DNA of 63,991 nt, filler included, from an uncultured Methanoregulaceae archaeon (GTDB lineage: Archaea; Halobacteriota; Methanomicrobia; Methanomicrobiales; Methanospirillaceae): the NCBI GenBank assembly GCA_964530035.1. It is 6 parts of 6 records of this genome, joined end to end, with 100 filler letters (N's around TTAATTAATTAA, not from the genome) between each part and the next. Parts side by side here need not be neighbours in the genome. Positions count along the whole stretch, not along the records: positions 11,361 to 22,602 come from CAZGXZ010000075.1; positions 22,703 to 33,759 come from CAZGXZ010000076.1; 4 more parts are not named here. One strand, given 5' to 3'. The notes below the pieces were generated by a model. The model made no database searches, was not told where the DNA came from, and saw nothing but the letters and a program-made list of their open reading frames with translations. Within the stretch, counting starts at the first letter, position 1, and each line of letters begins with the position of its first letter. Below, piece after piece: positions 20,208-28,493 of the stretch. Made by a program: the position numbers and the translations under genes.

Positions 20208-22151
20208 TTGGGAAAAAAACCACGTTCATTGCGGACACGCCTGACAATCCTCACCATCCTTGTTATCTGTCTGATAGTAACCGGCACTATCGTCTTTGCC
20301 ACCCTCGACACTCTTTCGGCTACTGAAAATGAGTACATCCTCCTGAAAAATTATACTGAACGAAATGCCGTCATCATGGCTGGCCTGACCGATCGTGGAA
20401 TGGCGCTTGAAGATGCCCGGTTTGACCCGCTCATGGAAAAGGGCCTCCGTGAACTTGAAGAAGCATTTACCGAAAGCGGGGGAGATCCTGCTGGTTTCAA
20501 CCTGACTCCATGGAAATCATGGTTTTCATCCTGGATCAACGGTGAAATTGACCTCTATATCATCAACGAATCAGGAATTATTGTCGCGACAACCAACCCT
20601 GATGTTGAAGGGCTTGATTTTAGAAGGGCACCAGCTTTTTTTTCCACGCTGAGCGAGGTCAGGAACGGGAGTACGTTCAAAGCTGACCGTTTCGTCCCGT
20701 CATGGGCGTCAGCAAATGCAACGGGCGTTCACGGGACAATCCGGAAATTTGCATATTACCCTTCCGCCGACCACCGATATGTGCTTGAGATGGGGGTCAT
20801 TTCCCCGCTGTATACTGCATCAAGACAGGAGCTTTCCTATCAGGTGATGGCAGACGGACTCATGCAGGACAACCGCCTCGTTTCATCTATCAGGATCTTT
20901 GACATCTACAGGAACATTCTTGCGACCACCGGTTCTCCGGTCCTTGCCAACAACAGTCCTGAACTGACTCTCCGACTTGAAAGCGCCCTCAGGGAGAGGA
21001 CAACCACAGAGTTCAGAAATCCTTCGGGAGACTCGGTGACACGCTACCAGTACATCGACCTGTCGAACAACAATACCGTGACAGACCCAAGCATCGTAAT
21101 GGAACTGACCTACCGGACAACACCGCTTACCAGTGCGGTAAAGGGCGTTCTTGAGCGTTATCTCATCATAGGAGTCGTCTCGATAATCCTTGGTGCAGTT
21201 ATAGCTTTCTTCTCCTCGCGGAGGCTCTCGCAGGAGGTGCGTCGCATGGTTGGTGATATCGAGGTCATCGCAAATGGTTCCCTTGACCATCGGATTGGGT
21301 TGACCACCACGGCAGAGTTCCAGGACCTGACCCGGAATATCAATCTCATGGTCGGGAGGATCCGTGAATATAGTGCAGAAATAGAGAAAGAGAGGTCAGA
21401 AAGGAGTATTGCCGCAAGGATACAACAAGCGTTCCTGCCAAAGGAGATCCCGCAGGTGCAGGGTTATCAGATTGACGCCTTCAGCAAGCCTGCACGGGAA
21501 GTCGGGGGGGACTTCTATGACATTATTCCTCTTACCGAGGGTCAGGTCGGATTGATGATTGCCGATGTATCGGGAAAAGGGCTGCCAGCATCATTATACA
21601 TGGCTTTCTCCCGGACCATTGTGAGGACAATGGCCAGTATGTCCCGTAAGGCATGCCGGATCATCAGCCGGTCAAATACCGAGTTTTGCAATGATGCCGG
21701 AGAAGTCGCCTTTGTAACTTTATTTTTTGGGATTCTTGATCCTGCCAGAGGTCAGCTGACCTATACCAATGCAGGGCATAATCCACCCCTCCTGCTCAGG
21801 GCTGACGGCCAGCTCGAAAGACTCTCCCCTACCGGACCTGCGATTGGAATTGACCCGGAGTCCGTCTTTTCAGAACGCCTCATAGTATTACATGAAGGAG
21901 ACCTCCTTGTACTCTATACAGACGGCATTAGTGAGGCAATGGATGAAAATGGCAGAATTTTTGGGGAAAGCCGTCTCGAGGCACGGATCACGGGCCTGTC
22001 CGGGCTGCCACCTTCAGATGTCATCAGCCGGATTAGAAAAGAGGTGGAGGATTTTGTCGATGGCGCTAATCAGAGCGACGACATTACACTGATGGCCGTG
22101 GTTGTATCCACTCATGGAAGACAAACACCAGACGTCAGGAAGGACTCCTGA
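20208..22151 (+). CDS. Membrane sensor PP2C/SpoIIE (RsbU-like) Ser/Thr phosphatase with extracellular sensor domain and HAMP
   Basis: Two TM helices, HAMP-like segment, IQQAFLP, VGGDFYD, IADVSGKG, NAGHNPP, YTDGISEA, DDIT. Confidence 0.92.
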   Translation: MGKKPRSLRTRLTILTILVICLIVTGTIVFATLDTLSATENEYILLKNYTERNAVIMAGLTDRGMALEDARFDPLMEKGLRELEEAFTESGGDPAGFNLTPWKSWFSSWINGEIDLYIINESGIIVATTNPDVEGLDFRRAPAFFSTLSEVRNGSTFKADRFVPSWASANATGVHGTIRKFAYYPSADHRYVLEMGVISPLYTASRQELSYQVMADGLMQDNRLVSSIRIFDIYRNILATTGSPVLANNSPELTLRLESALRERTTTEFRNPSGDSVTRYQYIDLSNNNTVTDPSIVMELTYRTTPLTSAVKGVLERYLIIGVVSIILGAVIAFFSSRRLSQEVRRMVGDIEVIANGSLDHRIGLTTTAEFQDLTRNINLMVGRIREYSAEIEKERSERSIAARIQQAFLPKEIPQVQGYQIDAFSKPAREVGGDFYDIIPLTEGQVGLMIADVSGKGLPASLYMAFSRTIVRTMASMSRKACRIISRSNTEFCNDAGEVAFVTLFFGILDPARGQLTYTNAGHNPPLLLRADGQLERLSPTGPAIGIDPESVFSERLIVLHEGDLLVLYTDGISEAMDENGRIFGESRLEARITGLSGLPPSDVISRIRKEVEDFVDGANQSDDITLMAVVVSTHGRQTPDVRKDS

Positions 22152-22419
22152 TTTGTTCCCGCGGGCTGTATCCCGGCCAGAGAACCAGTGATTGGAACAA
22201 TTGAATATCCCATAATTGGATACCGATGAATCTTCCCCTGTTCCCATTCCAGGCCTGACAGAGTTCAGAAAGATGGACCAGGATATCAAGTAATACCGTT
22301 TTCTCGTTTTTACAAGTCGTAAAGGTAGTTTCTTTACGATATCGATCACGAAACTTTGCTGCGGTATGCACCATGCAGGTATCATAAAACCTATCAATCC
22401 AATATGTAATGATATTCCA

Positions 22420-22602
22420 ATGGACGCAGAGCCAGGACCATCCGGGAAGCCTGCTGCACTTTCTCGGGAGACCATGGAAACGGACGGATATTCCCACGGG
22501 ACACAATGCGCCTGCTCAGCGAGATACCTTGAGGCAGTCCGGTGGTTTGAACAGGTCCCTTCTGACAGTCCTGATTATGTAGATGCACTTGTTGGAAAGG
22601 CG
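22420..22602 (+). CDS. TPR-repeat protein, 3'-truncated
   Basis: RYLEAVRWFEQV..DSPDYVDALVGKA is TPR-like; runs into spacer. Confidence 0.5.
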
Positions 22603-22702
22603 NNNNNNNNNNNNNNNNNNNNNNNNNNNNNNNNNNNNNNNNNNNNTTAATTAATTAANNNNNNNNNNNNNNNNNNNNNNNNNNNNNNNNNNNNNNNNNN
22701 NN
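22603..22702. other. Artificial contig spacer
   Basis: N run with TTAATTAATTAA. Confidence 0.99.
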
Positions 22703-22858
22703 TGAAGATCCCGCGGGTATGCTGGCGGCGTACGGCGTGTTGCCTGCGGACCGGGTTTCCGGCTGTCCTGCTGCCAGACCGCCGAGTACAACAAGGACCA
22801 TGATGAGGCCTGCCAGAGCGATTCGCAATGTTTTGTGGGTTATTCTATCGGAATGCAA
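22703..22858 (-). CDS. Secreted protein N-terminus (truncated)
   Basis: Signal-peptide-like LRIALAGLIMVLVVLGGLAAG; runs into spacer. Confidence 0.55.
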
Positions 22859-23235
22859 GGGACCTCGGGAAGGTGCATAGGAATATCGTGATGATAGTTC
22901 TTAAACATGAACGGTTCCTCCCATTCGAGGACAGGGAACCGTCCTGTCGAATATTGTGGCTGTTTATCCATTCATAGTTCATTCATTGTCCATTGTCCCG
23001 TATTGCAGGAGGATGGTTCCTGCAGATCGCCTGGTCTGGAGGAGGGATGCAATACCATTATATGCCAAAATGTAAAATAAACTTTACAATATATCAACTT
23101 TAAACTACATCCCGGCACCTGAAAACCTGGGTGCACGTGATGGTCCACTTGAGTCCTGGCTCATGGATACGGGTCTTCGCTCCGGGTTACCGGGTGAGGC
23201 CTGGTCCTTCAGCAGGGGAGGTGAAAGAGGTCATC

Positions 23236-23589
23236 ATGTATCATCATAAAGCGACATTCAAGGAAACCGAAGACATATCCCGCATTATCCGGACGGAAAA
23301 TGCCAGGGGGGCCTTTTCCCAGGCGTATGGACTTTATTCTGCCGTCGGAAAAGGAGACCCGGAGGCGATGGACGTTTTCCAAACCTCCTGGTTGAAGGGC
23401 CCTGCTGCAGAGAAGGGTCTGAATAACGGGAAAATCCAGGGATATACAGGAACGTGCGAAACCTTCGCCGCTGTGAGGCATTCTATGTCTCATGAGCAGG
23501 CCACCCGAGATGAAAGCAGTCACTCCAGAGCGTCCTGTGATCATTCCCGATGTCCTGGACCGTCATCACACCCGGAGGTGACCCGCTGA
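23236..23589 (+). CDS. Hypothetical protein coupled to the VTC gene
   Basis: SD-like GGAGGTGA upstream; its TGA overlaps the VTC ATG (TGATG at 23587-23591). Confidence 0.45.
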   Translation: MYHHKATFKETEDISRIIRTENARGAFSQAYGLYSAVGKGDPEAMDVFQTSWLKGPAAEKGLNNGKIQGYTGTCETFAAVRHSMSHEQATRDESSHSRASCDHSRCPGPSSHPEVTR

Positions 23590-24407
23590 TGGAGGCGTCT
23601 GCCCTGCCAGCTCCCGCAACCGGATGTCCTGATATTCATGTCCTTGTCCCTGACTTGTCAGCATTTGAACCGGTATCCCTCGATGAGCTCGAGAACTCCG
23701 GGGCCCGGCTCATGAGCAGGAAGGAGAAAAAATTCCTGATGACGCTGGAACAGTGCAAAGGACTGCTTTCGGACCTTAAAGACACATACAGGGTCCTGGA
23801 GATTGGAAACAGTAAAATTGGGAAATACGAAACGGTATACTACGACACTGACTCCTTCCTGATGTACCTGCAGCACCACAACGGCAAGGCGCACCGGTTC
23901 AAGGTACGGTCACGGTTCTACTGCTCAACCAACAAGACATTTCTCGAAGTCAAGGAGCGGAAGAACACCGGAAGGACCGTCAAGGAACGCATGGAAACAG
24001 GTGCTCCTGGGCCGCTTACCGAAGAGAAATCAGCGGAGTTTCTGAAAAGAGTGTTTCCCTACGACATCAGCATGTTTCACCCGGTCCTCTCCACTATCTA
24101 TAACCGGATAACCCTGGTATCGAAAGACCTCGCGGAACGGATGACCCTTGATGTGTCCTTATCGTTCCGGAACGAAGAAACCGGGTACTCCCTCCCGGGC
24201 ATCGTTGTGGGGGAGATCAAGTATAACCAGCCTCTCTCCTGTTCCAGGGCGTTATCAGGCCTTAAAAAGCGGGGGATACGGAAGACCCGTTTCTCCAAGT
24301 ACTGCATCGGGGTCTCTTTTCTCTATTCGCAGCAGAAACACAACCGCTTCAAGCAACTGCACATGAAGATCGATTCTCTGTCCGGGGATGGTGGTTTATC
24401 ATGCTGA
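23589..24407 (+). CDS. VTC/polyphosphate polymerase domain protein (CYTH-like)
   Basis: LMSRKEKKF, YETVYYDT, HHNGK..RFKVRSR, FLEVK, YNRITL, ERMTLD, EIKY, FSKYCIG; GGAGGTGA before ATG 23589. Confidence 0.88.
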   Translation: MEASALPAPATGCPDIHVLVPDLSAFEPVSLDELENSGARLMSRKEKKFLMTLEQCKGLLSDLKDTYRVLEIGNSKIGKYETVYYDTDSFLMYLQHHNGKAHRFKVRSRFYCSTNKTFLEVKERKNTGRTVKERMETGAPGPLTEEKSAEFLKRVFPYDISMFHPVLSTIYNRITLVSKDLAERMTLDVSLSFRNEETGYSLPGIVVGEIKYNQPLSCSRALSGLKKRGIRKTRFSKYCIGVSFLYSQQKHNRFKQLHMKIDSLSGDGGLSC

Positions 24408-25063
24408 ACCAGCTCGACGCCCTGTACGTGGCAGGGTTCATTGTCAACTTCATATCGGCATTTATCATCATCAGGTTCATCTATTACCCGAGACAGGGTG
24501 AACATGCCTATCTCTTCACGTTCCTTGCCTTTAACACCGTCATATACTTCATTATGGGGCTCTTTACGAGCATCGAACTCTCCATAGGTGTCGGGTTCGG
24601 ACTGTTCGCCCTTTTCTCCATACTCCGGTACAGGACGGAAACGGTACCGATTCACGAGATGACCTACCTTTTCGTGATGGTCGCCCTCCCGATCCTGAAT
24701 TCCATCATCTTCGGGACCGGCCAGTATGAGAAGCTGGTCCTAACGGATGCCATCATTATCGGAGTCATCTGGGCCCTTGAAAAAGGCTGGGGTTTTGATA
24801 CCGGCCAGTACAGCAAGCAGATCGTGTATGAAAAGATAGACCTGATACAGCCCGGAAAAAGGGAGGAGATGATTGCGGACCTGAAGGCACGGACCGGTTT
24901 GAGCGTGACAAACGTGCAGATAGACATGATCGACTTCCTCCGGGACACGGCAAAGATCAGGATATTCTATACAGATATCGCTGACCCTGGAAAAACGGGT
25001 ACGCCCCGGCCAGAAGACGATTCAGCTTCCGGAACGGCGGCGGCAGAACCACCTGCCGGCTGA
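24401..25063 (+). CDS. DUF4956 membrane protein
   Basis: SIGVGFGLFALFSILRYRTETV..EMTYLF; DLKARTGL; usual partner of VTC genes. Confidence 0.88.
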   Translation: MLNQLDALYVAGFIVNFISAFIIIRFIYYPRQGEHAYLFTFLAFNTVIYFIMGLFTSIELSIGVGFGLFALFSILRYRTETVPIHEMTYLFVMVALPILNSIIFGTGQYEKLVLTDAIIIGVIWALEKGWGFDTGQYSKQIVYEKIDLIQPGKREEMIADLKARTGLSVTNVQIDMIDFLRDTAKIRIFYTDIADPGKTGTPRPEDDSASGTAAAEPPAG

Positions 25064-25070
25064 TTTTTTT

Positions 25071-25346
25071 TCATAGCCTGAACTCCGGACCCTTGTCAAA
25101 GAGTTTCTGATAAAGCCTGGAAAATGGGATGGTATACTCTTCAGCAGCCGCTGTTGATTGAAAGAGGGGCCTGTCTCCTTCATGGATTTTTTGGAGGTAT
25201 CCCTTTGAACACAGGAAAGCGATATATTCCTGCCCTGTTTTTGAATTGAGGTCACACCTGCCGATGACTGCAGTAAATGAACGGGCAGTCCGGCAGTAGA
25301 CGAGAATTTCCCAGTATATCTCGTACGGGGTGCGCCTTCCCTTCAT
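25071..25346 (-). CDS. Winged helix-turn-helix DNA-binding protein
   Basis: RRTPYEIYWEILVYC...CDLNSK..QEYIAFL..KGYL. Confidence 0.8.
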   Translation of the reverse strand: MKGRRTPYEIYWEILVYCRTARSFTAVIGRCDLNSKTGQEYIAFLCSKGYLQKIHEGDRPLFQSTAAAEEYTIPFSRLYQKLFDKGPEFRL

Positions 25347-26023
25347 CCCTGGTTCATCCCCATGTTCACCTCAAGTTCTTCTTCGTACCTCCCGATATCC
25401 TCGAGCCGGCCATCCCATGATTTTTTGAAGTTCCCGAACCGGAGCGAGCTCATCAGGCTTATCAGTGCAATGATAAGGGCAAGGAGTGCCAGGGGTATGA
25501 CACGGAGGCTGTCGAGGGTGATACTGATGGATGCCGGCCCGGCGGACAGCGACTGGATGCCTCCCAGGAGGCCCAGGCCGAGGAAACAGAACCCTCCAAG
25601 GAGACAGACATATCTCATTGTATTGACCTGCTTACGGTTTTCACGATAATGGGCGATCGTCCGGATTATCCAGGAGGTCAGTACCTCGGGTGTCACCTCT
25701 CCCTCGTACTTCCTGCATTCGTTCCGTATTTCCGTTATTCCTGACAGAATTCGTGCGCAGGTAATGACCCAGGAAATTCCGAGCCCGAAACATATCATGG
25801 AGAGCATTGCCATCGCCATTCCGGGGACCCCCGCTTCCACACCACCGGTCCCGTGTATCGTGGACCAGACCATGTATTGAACCCCGGTTGCCACCGCCAG
25901 CGATGCAAAGACGAGGTTTATGACCACCAGCAGAAAATACCCGTTCAACTCGGCTGAAAACCGGGCCCATACGTTCTCATTCATCAGGCGGATTCTCCGA
26001 TCACCAGGTATCTCTGCCGACAC
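25343..26023 (-). CDS. Hypothetical 4-TM membrane protein, co-transcribed with the wHTH gene
   Basis: Four hydrophobic segments; 4-nt overlap with the wHTH gene. Confidence 0.7.
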   Translation of the reverse strand: MSAEIPGDRRIRLMNENVWARFSAELNGYFLLVVINLVFASLAVATGVQYMVWSTIHGTGGVEAGVPGMAMAMLSMICFGLGISWVITCARILSGITEIRNECRKYEGEVTPEVLTSWIIRTIAHYRENRKQVNTMRYVCLLGGFCFLGLGLLGGIQSLSAGPASISITLDSLRVIPLALLALIIALISLMSSLRFGNFKKSWDGRLEDIGRYEEELEVNMGMNQG

Positions 26024-26212
26024 ACATGAATCACCATGAACCTAAGATACACGGTCATCATTTCATGATTTTTTCTGCACACCGAGTTCTTCAGGTGTTT
26101 TTCTGAATGTGTCCGCCCTTACTGATGAGGAAAACCCATGGAAGGGCTTCTTATGAAGTCCCAGCGAAAGGAGGGTCTAAATCATCCGTCCCGCCAATAT
26201 TGACTGGAGAAT

Positions 26213-26692
26213 ATGGATCTTCCTGATGTTGTCATCATTGCCATTGCGTTCTCCCTTGGTTTCATCTTGGCATTTCTTCTGTTCCGCCAGCAATCCCGGT
26301 TGATCCAGCAGCGGGCCATGCTTGACCTTGAGCGCTGGCAGGTAGAGAGCGCGGATGCTATCCGGAAGGACTCGGTCAGTCGTTCGCGGTCCGCCCTGAA
26401 AGGCCGGATATCGGAACAGATGGCTCCCCTGCTCCCTGAATTTCCCTATTCCCCTGCAGATGCCCGGTTCATAGGCAACCCGGTTGATTACATCGTATTC
26501 GATGGATATACGGGGGTGAAGGACGACCGGGATGAGTTCGTGAGCGTGGTACTGGTCGAAGTGAAAAAAGGGAGGGGAAAACTCACGAGGAGAGAGGCAC
26601 TTATTAAAAAGGCCGTTGATGAAGGCAGGGTTTCCTGGAGAACCGTCGTCCTCCCTGATCATGATCCCGGCCAGGATGAACCAGGCTGCTGA
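26213..26692 (+). CDS. Membrane-anchored Holliday-junction-resolvase-like endonuclease (Endonuc_Holl family)
   Basis: N-terminal TM; IRKDSVSRSRSALKGRISEQMAP, DARFIGNPVDYIVFDG, EVKKG (PD-(D/E)xK). Confidence 0.88.
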   Translation: MDLPDVVIIAIAFSLGFILAFLLFRQQSRLIQQRAMLDLERWQVESADAIRKDSVSRSRSALKGRISEQMAPLLPEFPYSPADARFIGNPVDYIVFDGYTGVKDDRDEFVSVVLVEVKKGRGKLTRREALIKKAVDEGRVSWRTVVLPDHDPGQDEPGC

Positions 26693-26909
26693 CACGGGTT
26701 GTCCGACCCGGGGGGATACTGGCAGCATGGTTTCAGGACCGGGTCTTTCCGGCCAGGTACCCGGGGCAGGGGTTGTGAAAAAAAAGCAGGGGATACCGTG
26801 AGGCGGTATCATCTCCACCAAGGAGAGGAGGTCCTTCCACATCCGTCCCCCTTTTTCATGCCAGGTATTTCCATTCTTATTATCTCGATGCACACCCCAC
26901 GGCTCCACC

Positions 26910-27857
26910 ATGAAGCCCGTGCCGCAACTCACCATCATGCTCGCAATCCTGATGGCTACCGTTCTCTTCATTGCCGGCTGCACCCAGCCAGCACCGCAGA
27001 CGAATCTCCCAGAGGCTCCTTCCACACTTTCAGGGCACGCACCGGTCATCGCCCCTTCAACCGCTCTTGATATCAGGGACTATGTGGACAACGCCGCATC
27101 TTATGCACGAAATACCTCCAAGAGCACAGCACTCTCCGCATTTAACAACAGGACAGGGCCATTCGTCACGGGTGACGTCTATGTTTATGCCCTTGACTAC
27201 AATGGCACCGCCCTCGCCCTCCCGTTCCAGCCCGAACTGGTCGGTACAGGTTTCCTGGGGAAGAAAGACGCTACGGGTAAAGCCTACGCCGATATTGAAG
27301 TCCAGCTTGTACGCTCTGGTGGCGGCTACCTCCTGTACCGCTATCCGCGGCCTGATGGCAATACAACCGACAGGCTCAAGATAAGTTACGTACGCCCCGT
27401 GGATGATACCTACTGGGTCGGGGCCGGGGTCTACACGAGCGAGGAGCGCCTGATAGACAGGGGACTCAGGGAATTCCTCGGGGAGGCCAGGCAGTACGCC
27501 CTTGCAAATGGCAGGGAAAAGGCGGCATCGGAGTTCAACGACCTGAACGGTTCGTTTATCCGGGATGACCTCTATGTCTTCGCCTATGATTATAACGGGA
27601 CTGTACTCTCATGGCCCTACCGTCCGGACCAGGTCGGTCTGAACCGGCTCAATGCAACCGACCCCTACGGCTCCCATCATATCGCTGGCATGCTTGCCGC
27701 CGCCAGGAATGGGACCGGGATGGTTGATTATTACTCGGTCAGCCCGGAAACAAACAGGACTGAACTTAAGATAAGTCTGGTTACCGATGTCGATGGGACA
27801 TGGTTTATCGGTTCAGGGCGGTACATAGAGCCGGATATGCGTATCCTTGGGGAATAG
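26910..27857 (+). CDS. Lipoprotein with two single-Cache domains
   Basis: Lipobox-like FIAGC; two repeats YVYALDYNGT..LPFQP and YVFAYDYNGT..WPYRP, ending KISYVRPVD..WVGAG and KISLVTDVDG.WFIGSG. Confidence 0.85.
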   Translation: MKPVPQLTIMLAILMATVLFIAGCTQPAPQTNLPEAPSTLSGHAPVIAPSTALDIRDYVDNAASYARNTSKSTALSAFNNRTGPFVTGDVYVYALDYNGTALALPFQPELVGTGFLGKKDATGKAYADIEVQLVRSGGGYLLYRYPRPDGNTTDRLKISYVRPVDDTYWVGAGVYTSEERLIDRGLREFLGEARQYALANGREKAASEFNDLNGSFIRDDLYVFAYDYNGTVLSWPYRPDQVGLNRLNATDPYGSHHIAGMLAAARNGTGMVDYYSVSPETNRTELKISLVTDVDGTWFIGSGRYIEPDMRILGE

Positions 27858-28077
27858 GCCGGGAAATCCCAGCCGGACAAAGATATCCAGCCTGTGAAGA
27901 CCGCTTCTTCATTTCATCTTTTTTCCGCTTCCGGCAGTCAGGATGCCGGCTATAAAGGGTAGTTTCTGGATGCAGATCGAAGAAACCTGAAGATGACGAG
28001 TTCAAGCGTTATTTGATTCAACCCGTATATTCTCAGGTATATCCATTCATGTGACATCCCCGGTCCGCCTGGGCAGG

Positions 28078-28425
28078 TCAGCAGGTCACATGGAGGACAG
28101 CTGAAAATATACGGCTCTCAACGGTAATTTCGTCGAGGATTTCAGGGGTTGGAGCGACCCGTGCGGTGTAGCCCGAGAGAACAGTCCGGGCATCAGGGGT
28201 AATGGGGAGGTCTCCGTACTGACCGGTACCGATATAGATAACCTCTGGTCTCTCTTCAGCCAGGAACCCAAGTTCGTCGGCAGTGAGGGGGGTGTGACCA
28301 TATTCCTTTTTGAACGGCTTTGATCTTTTTTTCTCCCGTTTCGTCACGGAACGGTCACAGTGAATCACGATATCGTGTTCGTACCGGGTGCCGCCGACCT
28401 CTATCCACCCAAACCCGGTTTTCAT
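28078..28425 (-). CDS. Mth938-like (DUF498) domain protein
   Basis: FGWIEVGGTRYEHDIVI, PEVIYIGTGQYG, C-terminal HVTC. Confidence 0.85.
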   Translation of the reverse strand: MKTGFGWIEVGGTRYEHDIVIHCDRSVTKREKKRSKPFKKEYGHTPLTADELGFLAEERPEVIYIGTGQYGDLPITPDARTVLSGYTARVAPTPEILDEITVESRIFSAVLHVTC

Positions 28426-28493
28426 ATGTCTTCAGGGAAGGGATTGCTCTCCTGCGTGAAGAGAGTTCCTTTCGTACTAAAATTTTAAAAAGG

